From assembly GCA_963847445.1 (NCBI GenBank), contig CAWJZV010000027.1, forward strand, positions 32,001 through 96,000: a DNA stretch of 64,000 nt, in the 5' to 3' direction. Numbering within the stretch: the first letter of the stretch is position 1; each line of letters begins with the position of its first letter. Of this stretch, positions 43,808 to 56,800 are shown in pieces. Origin of the DNA: an uncultured delta proteobacterium (GTDB lineage: Bacteria > Desulfobacterota > Binatia > UBA9968). A program made the translations under genes and the position numbers. The notes beneath the pieces are model-generated. The model saw only the letters and a list, made by a program, of their open reading frames with translations, was not told where the DNA came from and ran no database searches.

Positions 43808-44779
43808 TCAATTCACTCTTTGCATCGGAATGACGTAATAGGGGACGAAACCGTCGCCAGGATCGACTTCGAGCCGTTCTTCAAAACCGTCCGCCGTGGG
43901 TCGAAGAATTTTGCGCGCGCGTTTCCATTGGCTGGCATGGCCGGGGGGCACGTCGGCAAATTCAAGATTATCGTCATGGCGTTCGATGGCATATTCGCGC
44001 ATCGCGCCGCCGTCGGTGTAGGCGTGGGCGCTGATTTGGCCGGTGGGCTCGGAACCGACGATGACAAACGCCTTGTGCACGTCATTGCGGCCATCGGCGA
44101 GCGGATAGGAAGCATCCATTCGCAGTGCGATGAAGCGCCCGCCGGCCTCAAAGCTACCGACGACTTCCTTTTGAAAGGCGTAGTCGGCCATGGCGTATCT
44201 CCCTTCGCCGCGGAAGTGGCCGAGGAGGAATTCTAAGGGCTTCATATGGGCGCTCGGTTTGCCGTGGTCATGCACCGGGTCGAAGCGGAATCGTTCCGCC
44301 GCGCCGGTGTCGACGAGTAGCGAATTGGCGTGCACCGCGGCTTTGACAAATTTGAGCAGCGCGCGCCAATCTTCATCGCGCGCCACTTCGGCGAATACTT
44401 CTTGTTTGTCGCCGATCCGCAGCGCCAGCACCGGTGCTTGTTTGCAAGGTCCTTGGCAGCCGGTCTTGACGATGGTTGCGCCGATCTGGTTGCCCAGCCG
44501 GGATAGTTCTTGGTCAGAAACATCGTAGCCGGCTTTGTTGCAGCAAGGCTGCGCTGCGCATGCGTAGAGACGTTGGTTTCCCAAACTATATTCTTGCTTG
44601 GCTCGCTGTAAGACCTCGCCTAATTCGTCTGTAGTCGGTTCGAGATGGCGCAGTTTGAGGAAGTGGCGGAACTGCGCCAACGCGCCGTCGGTCCAGTTAC
44701 CCTGAGTGCGAACGAGAAAGCCCGAGGCGTGGAAGGCAAGTTCCATTGTACGGTGCGCTGAAGCGGTCAATCGGCCCAT
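43808..44779 (-). CDS. Thioredoxin-like [2Fe-2S] ferredoxin domain fused to a nitrobindin/FABP-like beta-barrel
   Basis: CAAQPCC...TGCQGPCKQAP; C-terminal half begins MKPLEFLLGHFRGEG. Confidence 0.6.
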   Translation of the reverse strand: MGRLTASAHRTMELAFHASGFLVRTQGNWTDGALAQFRHFLKLRHLEPTTDELGEVLQRAKQEYSLGNQRLYACAAQPCCNKAGYDVSDQELSRLGNQIGATIVKTGCQGPCKQAPVLALRIGDKQEVFAEVARDEDWRALLKFVKAAVHANSLLVDTGAAERFRFDPVHDHGKPSAHMKPLEFLLGHFRGEGRYAMADYAFQKEVVGSFEAGGRFIALRMDASYPLADGRNDVHKAFVIVGSEPTGQISAHAYTDGGAMREYAIERHDDNLEFADVPPGHASQWKRARKILRPTADGFEERLEVDPGDGFVPYYVIPMQRVN

Positions 44780-45147
44780 ATAATCTCCTTGCGCTGCAAT
44801 CTACTTTGGACCGAGCGTCGCCGTCAAGGAACGGGCTCTTGGATAGGGCGCGAGGCGGCGGGTACAAATGATCTGGAAGCTGTAAGCGCGCGGATTCGGA
44901 AGTGCCTCTCGCATAGGCGCGTCAACGAGGGGCGATTCGATGACATCGCCCTTACCGTCATTTCGACCAGGCCGGGAAAAATCTCTCTTGGATCCCTCGT
45001 GTTCGCTAGAGCTAAGAAGGATTTCTCTCTCCGTTCGAAATGACAACGTTCTTCCTTTGCGCCCTTTGCGTGCTTTGCGCGAGACATTCTCAGATTCGGT
45101 TGCGGCTGCGCCGCGCTGGGTCACTTCGCGGTGATGTTCTGTCCCTT

Positions 45148-45188
45148 AAACGCACAACGCCCAAGCCTTGCGGCCTGGGCGTTGTGTG
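45148..45188 (-). terminator. Hairpin terminator
   Basis: CACAACGCCCA..TGGGCGTTGTG with a short T run on the minus strand. Confidence 0.55.
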
Positions 45189-45212
45189 GGAGGCAACGAA
45201 CGTGAGCCTATC

Positions 45213-45631
45213 TCACGCCGCCGCGGTTAACACGTCCAAAGTTTTTGCCACCGCTGAGCGTCGTCGCCGGCGTCAGCGGTACGGAGGGTCATTTGTTGGC
45301 GGATGTCAGCGAGTTTCGAGCCGGTTAGACCGGCGCGCTGGCGCCCATCGTTTTCCTGGAGCCGCGGTTGAAAGTCGCTGCGGTCGGCGGTTTCCTGCAG
45401 CATGCGCGCGACGAAAACATCGCGGGCACCGCTCATGGTCGGCACAATGGAACGGTGCCCGCGCCCCGGGATTAATTCAGGAGGCGTTTCATTGAACCAG
45501 AAGACGCCCAGGCTACGAAGCTCTTCATGAAAAAGCGGATCTGCGGCGCTAGGGTCACACAAATTCATGTTCCGAGCGTTCTCGGTAAACACCGCGCGCA
45601 TGTCGGCTCTCTTGACCTGTTGATCTAACAT
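45213..45631 (-). CDS. Hypothetical protein
   Basis: 134-aa ORF followed by a terminator; a possible indel gives the C-terminus AKTLDVLTAAA*; no recognisable motif. Confidence 0.4.
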
Positions 45632-46061
45632 GTCCCGGTAGAAGTCCTTGTATTAATCTTAATTTAAATTCCAGCCACGTCGCCTTAACGCTAAGTAGAA
45701 GACGGTTTTATTTATCACTATGGCGATTTTCCGCTAGTATAAGTATTAGACTGCGCCATTGATATTTTGTTCCAAGGAAGACCCCATAGATAATAGATAT
45801 ATTGAGCGGCCTCAGCCGGCGGCGCGACCAAAGCCGGTCGTTGGTGCGCTAGAGCCCGAATTGGACGCTGTCATCCCGAATCCTTCGGCCAAGCTCAGAA
45901 TCGACCCCGTGAGAGGGAATTTACCCGCCCTGAGTCACTATGGTGGCATTATTCGGCTTGACGAGATAACCGGAGGTTCAGTAGAGTCAGCCACTATCTA
46001 GACGGTTCCCGGATTTCCGTTTTGACCTAAAAATTTCTTAACCCAAGGGAGGAGACCAATC

Positions 46062-47175
46062 ATGTTTGTATGTCTATCGCCTGGAGGCCAGTTGCTCACC
46101 AACGGTGAGACGCAGACGGATAAGTTGCTTGTCGGCACGGTGGATGGAATTTTTTCTTTCCAAAAAAATGGCGGCGCCTGGGCGCAGCAAGCGACCATGG
46201 TGCCGGGCAAGCATTTTAGCTCAATCATCTTCGAGCCGACGACCAAGACGCTGTTCGGCGGCACCTACAGCTGCGAGATCTTTGCCAGCAGCGATCTCGG
46301 CAAGAGCTGGGAGCGGCGCGACAAAGGCATCGGCGAGAAGGAAATCTATTCGCTCGCCAGTCAATTAGTTAACGGCAAGCCGCGCATTTATGCGGGTACC
46401 CAGCCGGCGCATCTATATTTCAGCGACGATCTCGGCAAGAGCTGGACCGAGCTGCCCGGTCTGCGCCAGGTGCCGGGTGTCGAGAAATGGACTTTCCCCG
46501 GCGAGCCGCATCTGGCCCACGCCAAGAGCATCACCTTCCATCCGAAAGACCCGAACATCATTTACGTCGCCGTCGAAGTCGGCGGCTTCTTGCGCAGCAC
46601 GGATGGCGGCCAGACCTGGACCACCGTCGATAATATCAACCCCGATGCCCACCGCGTCTTGGTGCCGGCCAACGATCCGACCAAACTCTACGGCACCGCG
46701 CCGACGACCAACTGCGGGCCGGAAACAGCCGCTGGTTTCTGCGTCAGCAGCGACGGTGGCGCGAGCTGGACGAGCATGACGCCACGTGACTTCCGCATCG
46801 GTTATGTCGATCCGTTCTTCGTCCATCCCAAGGATCCAAATCTTTTGTTTGTCGCCGGCGCCAAGACCGGCCCCGGCACCTGGCGCAAGCTCCACACCGC
46901 CGACGCGCGCATCGCGCGCAGCCGCGACGGCGGCAAGACTTGGGACATGCTGAGCCGGCGGCTTGCCGGAGCATATCCGCGCCAACATCGAAGGCATGGC
47001 GATGGATGCGTGGAACGGCGGCTACGCCATCTTCGCCGGGACGACCGACGGCGATGTTTTCTATAGCGACGACGAAGGCGAGCACTGGCAGACGATCGTC
47101 AAAGGCATCGGCGCGGTGTCGAAGTCGCATCACTACGTCAATCTGTCGTTGGACGAACAGGCGGCGCATCACTAA
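46062..47175 (+). CDS. BNR/Asp-box beta-propeller protein (frameshift ~46960)
   Basis: SSDLGKSW, SDDLGKSW, STDGGQTW, SRDGGKTW, SDDEGEHW; RBS GGAGG. Confidence 0.85.
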
Positions 47176-47201
47176 ATAGACTGAAGTCGCGAAGTTGAAA
47201 C

Positions 47202-47235
47202 AAAAAGGGGCACGGTAATCCGTGCCCCTTTTTTT
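47202..47235. terminator. Bidirectional intrinsic terminator
   Basis: AAAAAGGGGCACGG-TAAT-CCGTGCCCCTTTTTTT. Confidence 0.85.
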
Positions 47236-47419
47236 GTTGGTTCTTACCTTGGCGTTCTTTGCGCCTTGCGCGAGAAAATACTCTTTTCCGGATTCGGATT
47301 ATCTCTCGCAAAGGCGCCAAGGCGCGAAGTTCGGAAAACTTGACCGGTGCGCGTCTGCTCAGAGCGGGCAACCCTTGAGAATCCTAAACTCGCACTTTAA
47401 AAAACTCAAGGTGGCAATT

Positions 47420-47638
47420 TTCAAGGTCGAGCACTGGTCCCTGGCTTCTTCAGAAGGCGGTGGGTGTCAAGCAGCCGCACGATCACGGCTTCCCTTCGAA
47501 GGCATTGAGTAACTCTTTGGGCAGCGGCGCATCGAAGTTTTTCTTGATGCGAATCTTTCCGCGCATGCTGCCTGGCCGGCGTACGGTGGCTTTTGTTACT
47601 AACTGCGTCTTGGCTTGATGGCTATTCACCTTAGTCAT
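47420..47638 (-). pseudogene. Phd/YefM-like antitoxin with internal deletion plus PIN toxin stub
   Basis: 47638-47483: MTKVNSHQAKTQL/VTKATVRRPGSMRGKIRIKKNFDAPLPKELLNAFEGKP*; then GTG-RLLDTH. Confidence 0.7.
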
Positions 47639-47835
47639 GGTGGACACAGGTTGTTCCGCGAATCAGGGCTCGTCAAACCGCGAGGGTGATCTGCCTTGGC
47701 GCCTTTACGTGAGATACTCTTTTCCGAATCGCCTCACCCCTGACCCTTCACCCCTTACGCGGTTTGTAACCAACCCTTTCCTTGACGCGTAGCGACGACC
47801 TGGCGTACAAGTCAGCAGTCTAATCCAGTGGTTCT

Positions 47836-50800
47836 ATGGCAACGATTAAGAAAAAAGTTGGGAAGATGGCCAAGGCCAAGCCGCGCTCTGCCGTAGCGAA
47901 GAAAGCCCAGCCTCAAAAAGACCAACTCAACTCAGGATCTACAGCGCGAACTCGCCGATGCGCTTAGCGCGGGAAAACGCCACCAGCGAGATCCTGCGGA
48001 TGATCGCCAAGGCTTCCGGCGATCTTCAGGCCGTGTTAGATGCGCTTGCCCAATGCGCGGCCCGATTGTGCGATGCCAAGGATGCGCAGATTTTTCGCCG
48101 CGAGAACGATCTGATTCACCGTGTAGCTACGTACGGCGATTTGCCCGTCGCGCTCGAACACACGCCCTATAATCGCGAGTCGCCGGCCGGGCGCGCGATG
48201 GTGGATCGGCAGAGGGTTCATATTCGCGATCTTGCTGCCGTGGTCGATAGTGAATTCCCGGTAATCAAAAACTATGCGCGGGCGTATCGGACATCGGACG
48301 ACGCTGGCGGTTCCGTTGCTGCGCGACGGGCTTTCGATCGGCGCGATTCTGATTCGCCGCCTGGAAGTTCGCCCGTTCACGGATGCGCAGATCAAGCTGC
48401 TCGAAACCTTCGCCGACCAGGCCGTCATCGCCATCGAGAATGCCCGGCTGTTCCAGGAACGTGAGGCCGGCAACCGCGATCTCGCCGCGCTGCACGACGT
48501 GACGACCGCCGCCAGCCGGTCCTTGGAGATCAAGCCGGTCTTGGACGAAGTGATTAGGAAGATAACGGAGATTTTTGCTTTTGATTCGATGAGCATTTTT
48601 CTCTTCGACCCGCAGAGAGAATATCTAAATAGAGTGGCTTCCTTCGCTCCTCATGAAGAAGCACCTTCCCCTAGAGGCTTTCGCCGTGGCCAGGGACTCA
48701 CGGGCAGAGTGGCGGAGACCGGCGAACCGATCATTTTTGAGAACGTCAAGACCGATCCTCGTTATCAGGAACTGAGTCAAACCAAAGCCACCCAACAGCG
48801 CGATCACTGTTTCTTCGCGCTTTTTCCGATCAAAGCCAAAGAACGGTTTTTGGGGACAATCACCTGCCTGGGCAAAGAGCCGAGAAAGCTGATTGCCGAA
48901 GAAGTCCGGCTGATCAACTCGATGTGCGATCAGATCGGCGTCGCCGTCGAGAACATCAATCTTTTTGAACAGGTCAAAACCAAGACGGCCGAGTTGGAAA
49001 GCAGCAACTCGGAACTGCGCGAGGCACTGGCCCAACAAACCGCCACCAGTGAAGTGTTGCGGGTGATCGCCGCCTCTCCGACCGACGTCCAGCCGGTGTT
49101 CGAGACGATTGCGCACAGCGCGGCGCAGTTGTGTGAAGCCTTCGATGTCCTGGTCCTGCAGGTCGACGGCGAAGTATTGCGCCTGGTGGCTCATCACGGG
49201 GAAATTGCTGCAGGTGACATCCCGCTTCATCGCGGGACAGTAAGCGGTCGGACCGTAATCGAACGCCGCGTGATCCATCTCAGCGACCCGCAGAAGGAAA
49301 CAGAGGAGTTTCCCGAAGGCAGCGCCCTTGCGCGAGAATGGGGCCAGCGCAGCACGCTCAGTGTGCCTTTGCTGAAAGAAGACGTCGCGATCGGCGTCAT
49401 TCAGGCTCGTCGTGACGAGATCCGTCCCTTTTCCGACCAACAGATCAACTTGCTTCAAACCTTCGCGCATCAAGCCGTGATCGCCATCGAGAACGTGCGG
49501 CTGTTCAAGGAACTGGAGGCCCGGAACCGCGATTTAACGGAAGCGCTGGAGCAGCAGACCGCGACGAGCGAAGTGCTGCGGGTGATTGCGTCCTCGCCGA
49601 CTGAGTTGCAGCCGGTGCTCGACACGCTGATCGCGAACGCTGTGCGACTTTCCGGCGCGACCAGGGGGCATGTACGGCAATTCGACGGTGATTTCTATCG
49701 CGCGGTGGCCCACGCCGGCGAGACGTCCGGACATGATCGCCACTCTTCGCGCCAATCCCCTTCCAGCGAGTCCGGACATTCCTGCCGCTCGGGCGCTTCT
49801 CGGCGGCAAACCGGTTCATATCCTCGACGTTCAATCGGAGAGCGGAGTGCATCTCAATCTGGCGCGGCAAATGGGTACGCGAACCATGCTCGCCGTGCCG
49901 CTGCTGCGCGAAGGAACGTCTATCGGTAGTCTCACCATCTGGCGCGATGTTGTCGAAGCATTTACTGAGCGGCAGATCGAGCTGGTGAAAACTTTCGCTG
50001 ACCAGGCAGTGATTGCGATTGAGAATGTTCGGCTGTTCAAAGAACTAGCATCGCGCAACCGCGATCTCACCGAGGCCTTAGAGCAGCAGACCGCTACTAG
50101 CGAAGTACTCAAGGTGATCAGCCGCTCGACCTTCGACCTCGAACCGGTGCTGCAAACTTTGCTGGAAAACGCGTCGCGGCTTTGCGGCGCGGATCATGGA
50201 TCGATCCATAGAGTCGACGGCGAGATGCTGCCAATCATTGCCGCCTATCGCCATCCCGAAGAGCTGACCAGGCTTGTCGAGCAAAATCCGCCGCGGGTTA
50301 CGCGCGACACGGTAACCGGTCGCGTCGTGATCGAGTGTCGTTCGATCCACATCCCGGATTTGATGGCCGATCCAGACTATCATTACGCTGTAACTTCCTT
50401 GGGTCTCAGGACCGTGCTCGGCGTGCCGCTGCTGCGCGAAGGCGCGCCGGTCGGCGTCATTATCATCTTCAAGACTGAGGTCGAACCGTTCACTGACAAA
50501 CAGATCGAGCTCGTCACCACCTTCGCCGATCAGGCGGTGATCGCCATCGAGAACACGCGCTTGCTCAAAGAATTGCAAGACCGCAACGATCAATTGACCG
50601 AGAGCTTGGAACAGCAGACGGCGACGAGCGAGATTCTGCGCGTCATCGCCAGCTCGCCGACGGATATCCAGCCGGTGCTGGATGTGGTAGCGGCGAATGC
50701 CGCTCGGCTCTGCGAGGCTAACGACGCTCAGATTCTGCGGATCGAAGGAGAGGTCTTCACCGCGTCGGCCTCATATGGAACACGCCAAACTGCGGAAACT

Positions 50801-53800
50801 CGACCCGTCACACGGGAAATCGTCGCCGGCCGGGCGGTTATCGACCGGCAGACGGTTCATGTCCACGACATTCGTGACGCGCAGGACCAAGGCTACCCAG
50901 GGGCCGCTGCGTTCGGTCTCAACGAGAGTCGCACGCTTCTCGCAGTGCCACTGCTTCGCGAGGGCATTTCCATTGGCGCTATCCTGATTCGACGGTTCAA
51001 GTCCGCCCGTTTTCAGACAAGCAGATCAAGCTGCTCGAAACCTTCGCCGACCAGGCCGTCATCGCCATCGAGAACGTGCGGCTTGTTCAAGGAACTCGGC
51101 GAGCGCAACGCGGAATTGCGCGAGGCGCTGGAGCATCAGACGGCGACGGCCGAGGTGCTCGGCATCATCAGCCGCTCGCCGACCGACGTGCAGCCGGTGC
51201 TCGACGCCATCGTCGAGAGCGCGGCACGGGTTTGCGGGATCGATGACGTGGTGCTGCGACTCCGCGAGGGGAACGCTATGGTTCCGCGGGCTCATTTTGG
51301 TCCCATACCCATCGCCCGCGTCGAGATCAGTATCGATGAGCCACAGTTTCGCTGGATGCGCGAGCATGGCACGCTCCACATTCCCGACGCCCGCGCGCAG
51401 AACGATTTCCCAATGTTAGGTTCCGCCGGCAGCTGGCGCACCTTCTTGGCCGTTCCCCTTCGTCAGCAGGGGGAACTCATTGGAGTACTGATCGCACGTC
51501 GCACCGAGGTGCGCCCCTTCACCCCGGCGCAGATCAAGCTGCTCGAAACCTTCGCCGACCAGGCGGTGATCGCCATCGAGAACGTGCGGCTGTTCCAAGA
51601 ACTCAAGGAATCGTTGGAGCAGCAGACGGCGACGAGTGAAATCTTGGGCGTCATCGCCAGCTCGCCGACGGATATCCAGCCGGTGCTGGACACCGTTGCC
51701 GAGAACGCGGCGCGAGTTTGTGGACGCCGATGACGCCGTCATTCGGCTGGTCGAGGGCGATGTTCTGCGGCGCAGTGGCCCATTACGGACCCGTGCCGCG
51801 AAGTTGCCGGAGCGACTCGGCCCATCGACCGCGGACTCAGTCGCCGGTCGAGCCATTGTCGACCGCGCAGACGATCCACATCCACGACTTGCATGCCGAG
51901 TCGCAGACAGATTTCCCGGACGTCATGACGCAGCTCACGAGCAGGGTGTTCGGACACTGCGTTGGCAGTGCCGCTGCTGCGCGAAGGCGTCGCCATTGGC
52001 GTGATTCACATTCGCCGCACGGAGGTCCGCCCTTTCACCGACAAGCAGATCACGCTGCTCGAAACCTTCGCCGATCAGGCGGTCATCGCCATCGAGAACG
52101 TGCGGCTTGTTCAAGGAACTCGGCGAGCGCAACGCGGAATTGCGCGAGGCGCTGGAGCATCAGACGGCGACGGCCGAGGTGCTCGGCATCATCAGCCGCT
52201 CGCCGACCGACGTGCAGCCGGTGCTCGACGCCATCGTCGAGAGCGCCGCCCGGGTTTGCGGGATCGATGACGTGGTGCTGCGACTCCGCGAGGGGAACGC
52301 TATGGTTCCGCGGGCTCATTTTGGTCCCATACCCATCGGCCGCGTCGAGATCAGTATTGATGAGCCACAGTTTCGCTGGATGCGCGAGCATGGCACGCTC
52401 CACATTCCCGACGCCCGCGCGCAGAACGATTTCCCAACGTTGGGTTCCCTCGGCGGCTTGCGCACCTTCTTAGTCGTTCCCCTTCGTCAGCAGGGGGAAC
52501 TCATTGGAGTACTGAACGCACGTCGCACCGAGGTGCGCCCCTTCACCCCGGCGCAGATCAAACTGCTTGAAACCTTCGCCGATCAGGCGGTGATCGCCAT
52601 CGAGAATGTGCGGCTGTTCCAAGAACTCAAGGAGTCGCTGGAGCAGCAGACTGCGACGAGTGAAATCCTGGGCGTCATCGCCAGCTCGCCGACGGATATC
52701 CAGCCGGTGCTGGACACGATCGCCGCAAGCGCCGCGCGAATATGCGGTGCGGACGATGCCCTGATCCGGCTTGTCGAAGGTAATGTACTTCGCTTGAAAG
52801 CCCACCAGGGTTCTATCCCATCTTTCTCACAAGCGCATGGAGCCGAGTCCGATTCTCTCGATCGCGGTCGCGAATGGATACCCGGCCGAGCGGTGCTCGA
52901 TCGAGAGACGATTCATATCCATGATATAACCGCAGGTAGAAACGGAGTTTCCGGAGACGGCCGTGAGAGCGAGGCGGGCAGGGGTTCGCACGGCACTCGC
53001 TACACCGCTACTTCGCGAAGGTGCTGCCATCGGTGTGATTTTCATTCGTCGCACCGAAGTCAATCCATTCACCGATAAACAAATCTGCTTTGCTTAAAAC
53101 CTTCGCCGACCAAGCGGTAATCGCCATCGAGAACGTGCGGCTTGTTCCGGGAACTCGGCGAGCGCAACGCGGAATTGCGCGAGGCACTGGAGCATCAGAC
53201 GGCAACGGCCGAGGTGCTCGGCATCATCAGCCGCTCGCCGACCGACGTGCAGCCGGTGCTCGACGCCATCGTCGAGAGCGCCGCGCGGGTTTGTGGGATC
53301 GATGACGTGGTGCTGCGGCTGCGCGAGGGGGACATGATGACGGTGCGGGCTCATTTCGGTCCCATACCCATCCGGCCGCGCCGAGATCAGTGTCGATGAA
53401 CCACAGTACCGCTGGATCCACGAGCATGGCACGCTTCATATTCCCGACGTCCGCGCGCAGAACGATTTCCCAAGGTTGGGTTCCGTCGGGAATCGCACCT
53501 ATCTTGGCCGTTCCCCTTCGCCAGCAGGGGGAACTCATTGGAGTCGCTGAGCGCTCGTCGCATCGATGTCCGCCCCTTCACCCCGGCGCAGATCAAATTG
53601 CTCGAGACCTTCGCCGACCAAGCGGTGATCGCCATCGAGAACGTGCGGCTGTTCAACGAACTCAAGGAGTCGCTGGAGCAGCAGACGGCGACGAGTAAGA
53701 TTCTTGGCGTCATCGCCAGCTCGCCGACGGACATTCAGCCGGTGTTGGACACTGTGGCGGAAAATGCCGCGCGGCTGTGTGACGCCAACGATGCGGTGAT

Positions 53801-56800
53801 CTTCCGGGTATTCGGTGATAATCATCAGCGGGTAGCGAAGTATGGTTCCATGCCGGCGCCGGATTTCCCAGTTCCGATCAGTCGCGGCGTGCCCGGCGGC
53901 CGGGCGATCGTCGATCGTCAGACGGTGCACATCCACGATCTTGCAGCTGGAGATCGACACGGAGTACCCGGCGATCAAACCGATCCAAAAAGAGATTGGC
54001 CAACGGACCGTGCTTGCGACGCCTTTGCTGCGAGAAGGCGTCGCCATCGGCGCGATCGTCATTCGCCGGATAGATGTCCGCCCGTTTACCGATAAGCAGA
54101 TAAAACTTCTTGAGACCTTCGCCGCTCAGGCGGTGATCGCCATCGAGAACGTGCGGCTGTTCAAGGAACTCGGCGAGCGCAACGCGGAATTGCGCGAGGC
54201 GCTGGAGCATCAGACGGCGACGGCCGAGGTGCTCGGCATCATCAGCCGCTCGCCGACGGACGTGCAGCCGGTGCTCGACGCCATCGTCGAGAGCGCCGCG
54301 CGGGTTTGTGGGATCGATGACGTGGTGCTGCGACTCCGCGAGGGGAACAGTGATGGTTCCGCGGGCTCATTTTGGTTCCATACCCATTGGCCGCGTCGAG
54401 ATCAGTATTGATGAGCCACAGTATCGCTGGATGCGCGAGCACGGCACGCTCCACGTTCCCGACGTCCGCGCGCAGAACGATTTTCCAACGTTAGGTGCCG
54501 TCAGCGGCTGGCGCACCTTCTTGGGCGTTCCCCTTCGTCAGCAGGGGGAACTCATTGGAATGCTGGGCGCACGTCGCACCGAGGTGCGCCCCTTCACCCC
54601 GGCGCAGATCAAGCTGCTCGAAACCTTCGCCGACCAGGCGGTGATCGCCATCGAGAACGTGCGGCTGTTCAAAGAATTGCAGGAACGCAACCGTGATCTC
54701 ACCGAGGCGTTGGAGCAGCAGACCGCGACGAGTGAGATTCTGAGTGTCATCGCCAGCTCGCCGACCGACATTCAGCCGGTGTTGGATGTCGTTGCCGAAA
54801 GTGCGGCACGGCTGTGTGAAGCGGCCGATGCTAACATTTACCGTCATTGATGGCGCTGGCTATCGGCTCGTGGCCTCACACGGATCTATGCCTATCGCCC
54901 GACCGCGAGTAAACCTAGACCTCTCATCCGGGGTCTGCCTCCAGGCAGAGCTATGATCGATCGAGCGGTCGTACACGTCGATGACATGTTCAGCCCGGAG
55001 GCGCAGGCGGAATTTCCCGAAGGCCGGACGTTCACACAAGCCGTCGGTCTTCGTACGATGTTAGTTGCACCTTTGCTCCGCGAGGGGGTTGCAATCGGGG
55101 CCATCTTTATTCGCCGCACCGAAGTCCGCCCGTTCACCGACAAGCAGATCGCGCTTCTCAAAACCTTCGCCGACCAGGCCGTGATCGCCATCGAGAACGT
55201 GCGGCTGTTCAAGGAATTGGGAGATCGCAACCGCCAACTTACTGAGGCTCTGGAGCAGCAGACCGCGACGAGCGAGATTCTGCGCGTTATCGCCAGCTCG
55301 CCGACGGATATTCAACCGGTGCTGAGGTGGTGGCCGAAAATGCCGCGCGGCTTTGTGATTCAAGCGACGCGCAGATCTTTCGCGTCGAGGGTGACATGGT
55401 GCGCAAGGTCGCGAGTTACGGCGTCACGGCCCCCGTCCTCGGAGTCGGCGAAACCCGGCCGATCAGCCGCGGCTCTGGGAGTGGACGCGCTATCCTCGAC
55501 CGGCAGCCCGTCCACATCCACGACAGCCTAGACGTGCTCGACGAAGACTATGCGGACAATAGGCGTGCCCATGAGCGCCTGGGTATTCGGACGGTACTGG
55601 CGGTTCCGCTTCTGCGCGAGGGCGTTGCGATTGGGGCCATCGCGATCCGGCGCACCGAGTTGCGGCCGTTCACCGAAGAACAGATTGCCCTCCTCAAGAC
55701 CTTCGCCGACCAAGCCGTTATTGCAATCGAAAATGTCCGGCTCTTCCAAGAACTCACCGAGTCGTTGGAACAGCAGACCGCGACGAGCCAGATCCTTGGC
55801 GTCATCGCCAGCTCGCCGACGGACATTCAGCCGGTGCTCAGATGTGGTAGCCGAGAATGCTGCGCGGCTGTGCGATGCAACGGATGCGTCATTCAACGTG
55901 TCGAGGGTGAATTGGCTTCGCGCCGTGGCATCCTTATGGGTCGATGCCGGCTGACGCAGGTCTGGAGGAGAGGTGCTCATTACCCCTGGCCATGCGCCCT
56001 CGGACGGGCGATCATCGACCGGCAGACGATTCATGTTCATGATCTCGTCGCGGAGGTCGAAACTGAGTTTCCTGAAAGCAGGGTCGCACCAAAAGCGTTT
56101 AGCGGGTCTCGGACGCTGCTTTGCGACGCCATTGCTTCGCGAGGGGGTATCTCTCGGTTCGATCATGATTCGCCGCACCGAAGTGCGCCCGTTTACCGAT
56201 AAACAGATCAAACTTCTTGAGACATTCGCCAGCCAAGCCGTCATCGCCATCGAAAACGTCCGGCTGTTCAACGAGCTCGATACCCGCAACCGCCAGCTTA
56301 CCGAAGCTCTGGAGCAGCAGACCGCGACGAGCGAGATTCTGCGCGTGATCGCCAGCTCGCCGACGGATATCCAGCCGGTGCTGGATGTGGTGGCCGAGAA
56401 TGCCGCGCGGCTGTGCGACGCGACTGATGCTGACGATCTTCCGGGTAGATGGCGACATCCTTCAGTCGGTGTCGCAGTACGGCGTGCCAGATTCTCGATC
56501 AGATCGACCGCACCGATCAGCTCGCGGTATGCCAGCTGGTCGGGCGTGCTTGATCGATCGGCAGACCATTCACATCCACGATGTTTGGCCGATGATGGAA
56601 ACGGAGTTCCGCAGAAGCCAAAGCTGCTCAGCAACGGACTCAAGTACTCGAACCGCTTCTCGGCGACGCCGTTAATCACGAGAAGGTGTTGCCGATTGGT
56701 ACTATCTTGATTCGCCGAACGGAAGTCCGCCCATTCACCGACAAGCAAATCGCTCTACTCAAAACCTTCGCCGACCAGGCCGTGATCGCCATCGAGAACG

